DNA from: Bacteroidaceae bacterium
GTDB taxonomy: Bacteria; Bacillota; Clostridia; Oscillospirales; Oscillospiraceae
DNA length: 45,026 nt
Direction of reading: 5' to 3'
NCBI GenBank assembly: GCA_963621955.1
Contig: CAVFGM010000017.1
Coordinates: 1-45,026 of the forward strand
The position numbers and the translations under genes were made by a program. Shown here piece by piece: positions 16,345 to 25,308 of the stretch; position 1 is the stretch's first letter, and every line of letters starts with the position of its first letter. Below the pieces are notes generated by a model, which ran no database searches, was not told where the DNA came from, and worked only from the letters and a program-made list of their open reading frames with translations.

Positions 16345-16380
16345 AAAAGGGGCGGGGATTGCGATTTCCCCGCCCCTTTT
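16345..16380. terminator. GC-rich bidirectional terminator hairpin
   Basis: AAAA-GGGGCGGGGA (16349-16358), 8-nt loop, TCCCCGCCCC (16367-16376), then TTTT. Confidence 0.7.
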
Positions 16381-16641
16381 GAAACCCCACCCTTGAACCG
16401 CCCAAGAGAAACCATTGCGATGGTTTCCCTTGGATTCTTTCCAAGGGATGACAAAGCTTAGGCTAACCAGCGTCGTTTTTTACGCTTCACTCAACATCAG
16501 CAGAAAAAAGTATCGGTAATGTCAAACACCGCACCAACTCCAGGGGGTATCAAAAGGGGGCCGGGGCCCACTTTTGTCGTTGTGGGTGAGGGTTCACAGG
16601 GAGAGGGGGAGTCGAAACACCCTCTCCCTGTGCGATTCTTT

Positions 16642-16671
16642 GGTGACTTTCTGTTCGTACAGAAAGTCACC
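16642..16671. repeat. perfect 13-bp-arm palindrome upstream of the giant gene (operator or hairpin)
   Basis: GGTGACTTTCTGT-TCGT-ACAGAAAGTCACC. The core TTTCTGT-N4-ACAGAAA recurs at 16035-16052. Confidence 0.5.
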
Positions 16672-16890
16672 CCGCGGAGCATACCGGCAGTTGGTTTCTG
16701 CAAAAAATCTCACATATAGAACGGCATCTCCCCACTGAGCGCCCCGCAGTTCGATTCTGCAAAAATCATATTCAAAATACCCGCTCTCCGCGTTTCATGA
16801 ATATATTCCCCACGCTGGGAAAAACTGTTCCGTATAAGGCTTTGCCGCGTTTTACGGCCTTGCCATGACTGCTTTTCATGGGAGAATATC

Positions 16891-19800
16891 ATGGACAGTA
16901 TGAACCTCGCACCCTATATAGATAATGAAAGGCTCGCCGATTACGCCGTGTCCTGCGCGCGGCTCCTCAAAAGCACCGGTACGCAGTCCGGCACCGAGGC
17001 CGCGCTGCGCCTGCATGAGAGCGTCCGCGAGCTGCGCCGCTGCCGGGACACGCTCCACCGCCGATATACAGGCGCCCCTGCCGTCCCCTCCGGCTGCGAG
17101 TGGCTTCTTGATAACTGGTATATGGTCCAGCGCGAAGGCCCCGCTGCCGAGGATGAGCTGCGCCGTGCGCGCTCCCTGCGCCGCTGCCGCGATGGGCTCA
17201 TCATCACCGAGCTTTGCCGCACACTGCTGCAATCGGGGCACGGGAGACTCACCGAGCAGCGCTGCCGTGTCTTTCTCGAAGCTTTCCAGAGTGTTACGGT
17301 GCTGCGCCGCTGCGAGCTGTATCTTTTCCCTGCTGCCATGCGCGCCGCGGTGATCCAGGCTCTTGCCGCTGCCTGCCGGGATATGCTCAATTCCTCGGAC
17401 GCCGAAGCCTACGCGCAGGAGCTTGAGGCGCTGTTTTCATCCCTGCGCCTGCTCTCATCCATGGACATGGAGCGTCTGCTCGATTCTGTCGATGTGTGCA
17501 GCGCTATCCTTTCCCGCGACCCCACCGGGGATTATCCCAGAATGGATCGCGAGACAAAGGCCGAGTATCTCCGCCGCCTTGAAATAATGGCCGCGCAGCG
17601 CGATGTTGAGGAGCACACCCTTGCGTCCAATCTCATCGAAAAGGCTCAGGCGGAGAACCGCCATGTCGGTTTCCTGCTGCTGCGTGAGCCCGGCAGGTGG
17701 GGCGCGGCGCTCTATATCGCTGCGAATGTCCTGTTCACTTTATTTATAAGTCTCTGCATTTCCTTTTCCCTAGGCAGCCTTTGGCTTGCGGCGCTGCTGC
17801 TTCTGCCGGTGTCGGAGCTCGTGAAGGCCGCGGTGGACTTCCTCCTCATGCGCGTGGTGCGCCCGCGGCCCATGCCGCGTCTCGATCTGAGCGATGGCGT
17901 ACCCGAAGAGGGAAAGAGCATCTGCGTCATCTCTGTCATCCTCGGCAGCTGCGATGCGCAGCGCCTTGAGTCCCTGCGCCTTGCCAGCCGCCGCGAGGGA
18001 AAGAATCTCAGCTTCGGTCTGCTTGCCGACCTGCCCGGAGCGGCGACCGCCGAAACGCCGCGCGATGCGGAACTGCTGCGCAATGCGCAGAGCGCCATCA
18101 ACGCGCTGAATGAAAAATACAGCGGCGGCTTTTACCTCTTCACCCGCCGGAGAAGCTATAACGGCGAGAGCTACAGCGGACATGAGAGAAAGCGCGGCGC
18201 ACTCATCGAGCTTGCAAAGCTCCTCTGCGGTGAGAACAGCGAGCTCTCCGTCACCGGGGACGAAGCCGCCCTGATCGGAACACGCTACATCATCACCCTC
18301 GATGCCGATACCCGCATATACCCCGGCTCGCTTTCGCTGCTGATCGGCGCGGCGATGCACCCGCTCTGCACGCCGGTGATCGATGAGGGGTCAAATGTGG
18401 TCGTTTCGGGTCACGCGATCATCCACCCGCGGATAGAAACGGAGCTTGAGAGCGCGAACTCCACGGACTTTTCCCTTATCTTTGCCGGTGCCGGCGGCTG
18501 CGACCCGTATTGCAGCCTCTGCGGTGAACTATATATGGACGCTTTCGGCAGCGGCGGCTTTGCCGGCAAGGGGCTCATCGACCCCAAGGCGCTGCTGCGC
18601 TGCACGTCAGAGCGCTTCCCGAATGGGCGCATCCTCTCCCATGACGCGCTTGAGGGAGCCTATCTGCGCGGCGCATACATGAGCGACGCTGAGTTTTCCG
18701 ACGCCTTTCCCGATAAGCCCCTTGCTTATTTCAAGCGCCAGAACCGCTGGATCCGCGGCGATTGGCAGAACGCCCGCTGGATATTTGCCCGCGAGCTTTC
18801 GGATATCGACCGCTTCCGCCTGTTCGATTCGCTGCGCCGATCACTTGTCGCGCCGCTGACCTTCATCGCGATCCTCTGCGGCTTTTTCATGCCCGCGCCG
18901 GGGCTTGCCCTCGCGGCGTGGGCGGCGCTGCTGGCATTACTGAGCAGCCTCTTCCTATCGTTTATTGACCGCAGCCTTTCCCGGCGCGAGCATGTCCGCT
19001 TGAAGCGGCACACAAGGCTCCTGACCGGAGCGGGCGGCGCTATCGTGCGCACCTTCATGCGCCTGTGGCTGCTGCCGTTCGAGGCGTGGGTCTCAGCCGC
19101 GGCAATACTCACGGCACTATGGAGGATGCTCATAAGCCACCGGAAGCTTCTCCAGTGGCAGACCTTTGCGCAGACCTCCGGAGGAGAGCAGCTCGGCGAA
19201 AACGTCCGTGCAATGTGGGTATCCGTCGTGACGGGCGTGCTGCTCATGGCCTTTTCCCCGGCGATAATCGGAAAATCCGCTGGCTTCATGTGGCTGCTGT
19301 CCCCGGCTGCCTCGGCGGCGTTGGCGCTGCCGGCCTATAAGGGCGCGGAGCTTGCCGCGCGTGACCGCGAGCTGCTGCGCTCCGCAATGGCCGCCTGCTG
19401 GCGCTACCTCAAGGACTTTTCCGCAGAGGAGGATAACTTTCTGCCGCCCGATAACTTTCAGGAGCAGCCGCCGACAGGCACCGCGCACAGGACATCGCCG
19501 ACAAACATCGGTCTTGCGCTCGCCGCGGCGGCAGTCTCGGCCGAGTGCGGGATAGTCCCGCGCAAGGAAGCGGCGGGCTATATCTCCCGCGCCGCGGCGG
19601 CGCTTGAAAAAATGCCGCGCTGCATGGGACACTATTATAACTGGTACGATACGCGCACTCTCGCGCCGCTCTCCCCGCCGTATATCTCCACTGTCGACAG
19701 CGGAAACATGTACGCAGGGCTCCTCTGCGCGGCAAACGCGCTCGACACTTGGGGCGAGGCGGAGCTTTCCTCAAGGCTGCGCGCGATAATGGCGGGGATG

Positions 19801-22800
19801 GACTTTTCGCCGCTCTATGACAAGGTGCGCGGCCTGTTCTATATCTGCTATGACACTATAAACAATGCCGGCAGCGGCGGCTGGTACGACCTCATGGCGA
19901 GCGAAGCGGTGCTGACAAGCTACATTGCCGTCGCGAAAGGGGATGTGCCGATGCGGCACTGGCGTGCCCTGAGCCGCGCGCAGCTGCAGAAGGACGGGTA
20001 CCGCGGCCTTGCGAGCTGGACGGGGACGATGTTTGAATACCTCATGCCGGCGCTGTTCCTGCCGCTCTACCGGGCGAGCCTGCTCTTCGAGAGCAGCCGC
20101 TTCTGCCTGTATGTGCAGAAGCGCCGCCATTTTGCGGGAAAACCCTGGGGCATATCCGAGAGCGCGTTCTATTCGCTTGACGCCTCCTTATGCTACCGCT
20201 ATAAGGCGCACGGCTGCCCTGACCTCGCTCTCAAGCGCGGGCAGGAAAACGACATGGTCATCTCTCCCTACAGCAGCTTTCTTGCCCTTGCGGTCGACCC
20301 TATCGCCGCGGTGCGCAATCTGCGCCGCCTGCGCGATATCGGGGCTTACGGGCGCTGGGGCTATATAGAGGCGCTGGACTTTACTCCCGGGCGCTGCCGC
20401 CGTGCGGACGGAGAGCAGGTGCGCTGCTACATGGCGCACCATGTCAGCATGAGCCTGCTCGCCGCGGCGAATGCGGCGGACGGCGGCTGTGTGCAGAAGC
20501 TGTTTATGGCGGATGCGTCAATGGCGGCGTACACGCTGCTGCTTCAGGAGAAGCTGCCGGACTCCGGCGTCGTGATGCGGCGGGACAGATCTCCCGTACC
20601 GGAGCGCCCGCGCCAGTACGATAAAAGCCGCTGGGAGCTTCGCGGGAGCGAAGCGGACGCCGGGGCTCACGCCTGCCTGCTCTCAAACGGCGCGTACAGC
20701 ATCCGCGTCACGGACGACGGGCAAAGCGCCGCGTTCCTGGGCGGCTGCTGTGTCTACGACTGCAGGCGCCCGGAGGACACGCTCAGTCTCAGCCTCAACG
20801 GAAAAAGGCTGCTGCCCGCTGCCGGAAAATACGCATGGACACTGAGCGAGGATCACGCCGCATGGAGCTTTGAATCGGACGGCGCGCAGTGCACCGTGAC
20901 GCTTGCAGCCATCGACGGTGAGCTTGGAGAGCTTACCGAGGTGCAGCTGCGCGGGGCGGGGCGCGCGGAGCTTGAACTCGGCTTTCGCCCGATCCTCGCC
21001 GCGCTGCGCGACGCAGAGAGCCACAGCGCATACTGGAAGCTCGGCATGACGGCGCAGGAGGGTGAAAACTTCATCCTGCTGCACCGGCTGCCGAAAGGCG
21101 ATAAGCCGGGGATATGGCTGTGCCTTGCATGTGATCACCCGGCCCATTTCACGGCGGACGAGCAGGGCGGCGCGGAAGCACTCATTTCCCCGCAACTGCG
21201 CGCGGCGGTGACGGTAACTCAGCCGCGAGCGGGTCAGGCGGCCACGCTGCGTTTTGCCCTCTGCATCGGGACGGACGCGCAGTCGGCCCGAGACGGCGCG
21301 GCGCGCATATTATCTTCCGGAGACTGCGGCGGGAGCATGCCGGACGCAGCGGCGATACACCTCGGCATGAACGCGGCGGAGCTTGGCGCGGCGATGGAGC
21401 TGGTGCTGCCGCTGTGGAGAAACGCGCTCTCAAACGCCGCGCCGCAGAGCGAGCTGTGGCGCTGCGGTATCTCCGGTGACCTGCCGGTGATATGCTGCGA
21501 CGGCGGTGCGGTGGAGACGGAAAAGCTATTGCGGCGCTTCTGCCTGCTCAAAAGCTGCGGGCTCGACGCGGAGCTTGTTTACCTCACACGCGAGCAGGGC
21601 GAATACCTCCAGCCGCTGCTGCGGCACATCGGGCAGGTGCTCGCGCCGGTCGGGCTGGAAGCACTGATCGGGAGCCCCGGCGGCGTGTTCACGGCGCCGC
21701 TCGAGGCCGCCGAAACAGTGAAGAGCCGCGCCGCTGTCGTCATAGGTGAAGCGCAGAAGCAGTATCACCCGCTGCATGAACCGGAGCTGAGCGCCCGCCG
21801 TGCTGTAGATTCTGCCCCGGAGCACAGCTGGGACAGCGCAGGATTCACATTTGAAGTAAACGACACTCTCCCTGCGCGGATATGGCAGCACATCATCACA
21901 AACGGCTGTCTCGGAGCGATAGCCGCAGATATCGGCCCGGCGGGGCTGTGGTACAAAAACGCGCGGGAGATGCCGCTCATCGCACCGCCGGTGGATATAT
22001 ATGATGTACGCAGCCCGGAGCGTTTGTACGTCATGTATGGCGGCAAGCCTGTCAGCCTCTTTGCCGCGAACGACGGCTTCACTTGCCGCGTTAGCTTCGC
22101 GCCGGGATGCGCGGAGTGGGAAAAGGAGATCGGCAAGAACAGGATCAGGACGCGCCTGTTCATCCCGCAGGGGCTGGACACACGCGTGCTGCTTATCGAC
22201 GGGGCAGACGGACTGCCGCTCGTCTGGGAGCTTGAGCCAGCCCTCGGCGGGAAGAACGGAGCCTGCCTGCGCATCGAGGAGGAGCCGGGGCTTATCCGCC
22301 TCTCAAGCCCGGATTCGTATTATCCCGGCCTGCAGATGCTCATCGGGAGCAGCGCAGAGTTTGACGCGGAGACGGACTTTTTCCCCGCCGCGCTGCGCAT
22401 AAAGATGAACTCCGATGCAAAGACTGTGCTCTGCTGCGGCTGCTGCACGGAGACGGAGCTGCGCGAGCTGTGCACACCGGACACTGCTTCATCGCTCCTG
22501 AGCGCGGTATCCGCACGCTGGGCGAGACTGCTCGGAGCGTTTTCGTTGCGCTGCGGAAACAGTGCGCTGGAGCACTATATGAACGGCTGGGCGGTCTATC
22601 AGACCGTCGCCTGCCGCCTTGAGGGGCGCAGCAGCATATACCAGAGCGGCGGCGCGCTCGGCTTCCGCGATCAGCTTCAGGACAGCATAAACCTGCTGCT
22701 CATAAACCGCGGTTGCGCAAGGGAGCGCATACTCGACTGCTGCCGCCATCAGTATGCCGAGGGCGACGTGCTGCACTGGTGGCACCCGCACCCGGACGGC

Positions 22801-23916
22801 GACCGCGGCGTGCGCACGCGCTGCTCGGATGACCTGCTGTGGCTCGTATGGGCGCTGTGCGAATATGTCGAGGCCACGGGAGAGGAGGAACTGTGCTCCA
22901 TTGAGGAGCCGTATATTTTCTCCCTGCCGTTAAAAGCTGAGGAACACGACCGCTATGAGCGCCCTGAGAAGTCCGCAAAGAGCGCAGCGGTGCTCGAGCA
23001 CGCCCGCGCGGCGCTTGAATGCTGCATACGCCGCGGCTTCGGAAAGCACGGTCTGCCATACATCGGCAGCGGCGACTGGAACGACGCGCTTGACAGAACC
23101 GGCGGCGAGAGCGTGTGGCTGGGCTGGTTCTTTGCCCACTGCGCCGCGCGCTTTGCGGAGCTGTTAGAAAGGCTCGAAGCCGATGGCGCGGAGCGGTACA
23201 GAAAGTACGCCGCCGAGGCCGGGGGCGCGGCGGATGCGGCCTTCAACGGGAAATGGTACCTGCGCGCGTTCTATGCCGATGGGGAAGCGCTCGGCGGCGG
23301 GGAGCGCATAGACTCCGTGGCGCAGAGCTGGGCAGTGCTCTCGGGCTTCGGCTCTTCGATGCGCGCCGCCTCGGCGATGGATTCGGCGCTGTTCCGGCTC
23401 TGGGACAGGGAGCACAGGCTCATAAGACTGCTCGACCCGCCGTATTCCGACCGGGAGCGCAGCCCCGGCTATATCACCGGCTACGGCGAGGGCTTCCGCG
23501 AAAACGGCGGGCAGTACACCCACGGGGCGATATGGCTCGCCATCGCAGCGCTGCGCCTCGGGAAATATGCCGAGGGGACGGCAATGCTCGAAACACTGCT
23601 GCCGGAGACGCACGATGTATGCCGCTATCAGGCGGAGCCCTTTGTGCTCCCGGCGGATATAAGCACGGCGAGGGGGCATGAGGGGCTTGCGGGCTGGACA
23701 TGGTACACGGGTTCCGCGGGCTGGTACTTCCGCGCGGTGACGCGGGAACTGCTGGGTCTGCGCATGAGAGACGGGAGACTTTATATAGACCATCCCGTGC
23801 TGCCGGAGTTTTCCGTGAAATGGACGGACGACGCGGGGAGCGTGCACACAATAGAGCGCAGCCCCGGCGGGATAACCGTTGACGGCAAGAGCTATGACGG
23901 CAAAGGGACGCCTTAA
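16891..23916 (+). CDS. cyclic beta-1,2-glucan synthase-like giant protein (GT84-like transferase + glucoamylase-like middle region + GH94 phosphorylase-like C-terminus)
   Basis: 2341 aa. TM segments flank a GT-A domain with ITLDADT (D-A-D at 18301-18309) and RWIRGDWQ. The middle region has PPDNFQEQPPTGTAHRTSPTNIG, NWYDT, STVDSGN and FEYLMP. The C-terminal region has GALGFRDQLQDS, HWWHP, GSGDWNDALD (23071-23085) and ENGGQYTHGAIW, as in GH94/ChvB-NdvB proteins. Confidence 0.8.
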   Translation: MDSMNLAPYIDNERLADYAVSCARLLKSTGTQSGTEAALRLHESVRELRRCRDTLHRRYTGAPAVPSGCEWLLDNWYMVQREGPAAEDELRRARSLRRCRDGLIITELCRTLLQSGHGRLTEQRCRVFLEAFQSVTVLRRCELYLFPAAMRAAVIQALAAACRDMLNSSDAEAYAQELEALFSSLRLLSSMDMERLLDSVDVCSAILSRDPTGDYPRMDRETKAEYLRRLEIMAAQRDVEEHTLASNLIEKAQAENRHVGFLLLREPGRWGAALYIAANVLFTLFISLCISFSLGSLWLAALLLLPVSELVKAAVDFLLMRVVRPRPMPRLDLSDGVPEEGKSICVISVILGSCDAQRLESLRLASRREGKNLSFGLLADLPGAATAETPRDAELLRNAQSAINALNEKYSGGFYLFTRRRSYNGESYSGHERKRGALIELAKLLCGENSELSVTGDEAALIGTRYIITLDADTRIYPGSLSLLIGAAMHPLCTPVIDEGSNVVVSGHAIIHPRIETELESANSTDFSLIFAGAGGCDPYCSLCGELYMDAFGSGGFAGKGLIDPKALLRCTSERFPNGRILSHDALEGAYLRGAYMSDAEFSDAFPDKPLAYFKRQNRWIRGDWQNARWIFARELSDIDRFRLFDSLRRSLVAPLTFIAILCGFFMPAPGLALAAWAALLALLSSLFLSFIDRSLSRREHVRLKRHTRLLTGAGGAIVRTFMRLWLLPFEAWVSAAAILTALWRMLISHRKLLQWQTFAQTSGGEQLGENVRAMWVSVVTGVLLMAFSPAIIGKSAGFMWLLSPAASAALALPAYKGAELAARDRELLRSAMAACWRYLKDFSAEEDNFLPPDNFQEQPPTGTAHRTSPTNIGLALAAAAVSAECGIVPRKEAAGYISRAAAALEKMPRCMGHYYNWYDTRTLAPLSPPYISTVDSGNMYAGLLCAANALDTWGEAELSSRLRAIMAGMDFSPLYDKVRGLFYICYDTINNAGSGGWYDLMASEAVLTSYIAVAKGDVPMRHWRALSRAQLQKDGYRGLASWTGTMFEYLMPALFLPLYRASLLFESSRFCLYVQKRRHFAGKPWGISESAFYSLDASLCYRYKAHGCPDLALKRGQENDMVISPYSSFLALAVDPIAAVRNLRRLRDIGAYGRWGYIEALDFTPGRCRRADGEQVRCYMAHHVSMSLLAAANAADGGCVQKLFMADASMAAYTLLLQEKLPDSGVVMRRDRSPVPERPRQYDKSRWELRGSEADAGAHACLLSNGAYSIRVTDDGQSAAFLGGCCVYDCRRPEDTLSLSLNGKRLLPAAGKYAWTLSEDHAAWSFESDGAQCTVTLAAIDGELGELTEVQLRGAGRAELELGFRPILAALRDAESHSAYWKLGMTAQEGENFILLHRLPKGDKPGIWLCLACDHPAHFTADEQGGAEALISPQLRAAVTVTQPRAGQAATLRFALCIGTDAQSARDGAARILSSGDCGGSMPDAAAIHLGMNAAELGAAMELVLPLWRNALSNAAPQSELWRCGISGDLPVICCDGGAVETEKLLRRFCLLKSCGLDAELVYLTREQGEYLQPLLRHIGQVLAPVGLEALIGSPGGVFTAPLEAAETVKSRAAVVIGEAQKQYHPLHEPELSARRAVDSAPEHSWDSAGFTFEVNDTLPARIWQHIITNGCLGAIAADIGPAGLWYKNAREMPLIAPPVDIYDVRSPERLYVMYGGKPVSLFAANDGFTCRVSFAPGCAEWEKEIGKNRIRTRLFIPQGLDTRVLLIDGADGLPLVWELEPALGGKNGACLRIEEEPGLIRLSSPDSYYPGLQMLIGSSAEFDAETDFFPAALRIKMNSDAKTVLCCGCCTETELRELCTPDTASSLLSAVSARWARLLGAFSLRCGNSALEHYMNGWAVYQTVACRLEGRSSIYQSGGALGFRDQLQDSINLLLINRGCARERILDCCRHQYAEGDVLHWWHPHPDGDRGVRTRCSDDLLWLVWALCEYVEATGEEELCSIEEPYIFSLPLKAEEHDRYERPEKSAKSAAVLEHARAALECCIRRGFGKHGLPYIGSGDWNDALDRTGGESVWLGWFFAHCAARFAELLERLEADGAERYRKYAAEAGGAADAAFNGKWYLRAFYADGEALGGGERIDSVAQSWAVLSGFGSSMRAASAMDSALFRLWDREHRLIRLLDPPYSDRERSPGYITGYGEGFRENGGQYTHGAIWLAIAALRLGKYAEGTAMLETLLPETHDVCRYQAEPFVLPADISTARGHEGLAGWTWYTGSAGWYFRAVTRELLGLRMRDGRLYIDHPVLPEFSVKWTDDAGSVHTIERSPGGITVDGKSYDGKGTP

Positions 23917-24000
23917 ATTTCCTGTAATTAACAAATAGTTCTACCATTTCAAGGCTGCGGGTGGTATAATTATAAGAAAGAAAAATCGCGGAGGTGCCAC

Positions 24001-25308
24001 ATGGAATTTAACAGAACCGAGCTTATGCCCGGCGTGTTTCTGAGTCATCTGCGTTCCGACAAATTCAAGACTGCCTGCATGAGCGTCACGCTGCTCACGC
24101 AGCTGCGGCGCGAGACCGCGGCGATGAATGCGGTCATCCCCTTTGTGCTGCGCCGCGGCACTACGCGCTATGGCGACATGGAGCAGCTGTCGCGCAGGAT
24201 GGATGAGCTTTACGGCGCGGCGGTGGAGCCGGTCGTGCGGCGCATCGGCGAAATACAGTGCATAGGCTTTTACGGAAGCTTCCCGGAGCCGGACTATCTG
24301 CCCGGAGGCGAGGCGCTGCTCGGCGACACCTGTGCTCTCATGGCGCAGCTGCTGCTCGACCCCGTCACGCGCGGCGGCCTGCTGCTGCCGCAGTATGTGG
24401 ACAGCGAGCGCGAGAAGCTCCTTGACATCATCCGCAGCCGCATGAACGACAAGCGCAGCTACGCCCTCACGCGCTGCATCGAAGAGATGTGCTGCTATGA
24501 GGATTTCGCCGTCAGCCGCTTCGGCAGCGAGAGCGAGGCCGAGAACATCCATTATAAAAAGCTGACCCGGCACTACCGCGAGCTTATCCAGACCTGCCCG
24601 GTCGAGATATTCTACTGCGGCAAGACCGACTTCAGGGCCGTGTCCGCCGCGATGCGCGATGCGTTCTCCGCGATGCCGCGCGGCGAAATAGATTACGATA
24701 TCGGCACCGACCTGCGCATGAATGCGGTGGAGGATCATGTCCGCTTCGTGGAAGAGGAGATGGACGTGACGCAGGGCAAGCTCGTCCTCGGCTTCCGCCT
24801 GGGTGAGTGCATGGAGGAGCCGGACATCCCGGCGCTCTATGTCTTCAACGCCGTCTACGGCAGCGGCGCGACGAGCAAGCTCTTCATGAACGTGCGCGAA
24901 AAGCTGTCACTGTGCTACTATGCAAGCTCGGCAGTGTATCTGCACAAGGGGATAATGCTCGTCTCCTCGGGCATTGAGTTTGACAAGCTGGACGCTGCGC
25001 GCGATGAGATACTTGCGCAGCTCGACAGCGTCCGCCGGGGCGAGATCACCGACGATGAGCTGCGTTCGGCGAAAAAGAGCGTCGCCTCCGACCTGCGCGC
25101 GGTGCAGGACAGCATCGGCGAGCTTGAGGGCTTCTACCTCTCGCAGGCGCTCGACGGGCTTGACTACGGCCCGGCGGAGCTTGCGGCGCTGGCGGAGGAC
25201 GTCACGAAGGAGGACGTTCAGGCTATTGCAGAGTCGATAGAGTGCGACCTTATATACTTCCTCAAGGGAAGCGGAGAGGAGGACGGCAGCGATGATGAAA
25301 CTGCATGA
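24001..25308 (+). CDS. M16 (pitrilysin/insulinase) family protein, non-catalytic-type subunit
   Basis: 435 aa. M16-like size and layout, but no HxxEH motif is visible. The gene overlaps the next M16 gene by 17 nt. A TGgTATAAT extended -10 lies at 23962-23970. Confidence 0.65.
   Translation: MEFNRTELMPGVFLSHLRSDKFKTACMSVTLLTQLRRETAAMNAVIPFVLRRGTTRYGDMEQLSRRMDELYGAAVEPVVRRIGEIQCIGFYGSFPEPDYLPGGEALLGDTCALMAQLLLDPVTRGGLLLPQYVDSEREKLLDIIRSRMNDKRSYALTRCIEEMCCYEDFAVSRFGSESEAENIHYKKLTRHYRELIQTCPVEIFYCGKTDFRAVSAAMRDAFSAMPRGEIDYDIGTDLRMNAVEDHVRFVEEEMDVTQGKLVLGFRLGECMEEPDIPALYVFNAVYGSGATSKLFMNVREKLSLCYYASSAVYLHKGIMLVSSGIEFDKLDAARDEILAQLDSVRRGEITDDELRSAKKSVASDLRAVQDSIGELEGFYLSQALDGLDYGPAELAALAEDVTKEDVQAIAESIECDLIYFLKGSGEEDGSDDETA

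Noticed and set aside
16059-16719. Track ORFs of 66-93 aa inside the 0.9-kb non-coding region (16059-16301, 16101-16382, 16497-16703, 16519-16719)
   Set aside because: The translations are nonsensical and rich in Cys/Arg/Pro. They lack an RBS and coincide with hairpin arms, so the region is better explained as structured or repetitive non-coding DNA.
16746-16767. tRNA gene suggested by the GCAG-TTCGATT-CTGC T-arm-like hairpin
   Set aside because: No matching acceptor stem, D-arm or anticodon arm can be built from the approximately 75 nt upstream. At most it is a tRNA-3'-end-like relic. No intact tRNA was seen anywhere in the window.
23164-24738. Minus-strand ORFs of 256, 157 and 265 aa overlapping the end of the giant gene and the first M16 gene
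   Set aside because: They are antisense shadows with no RBS or motifs. The plus-strand genes carry strong family motifs.
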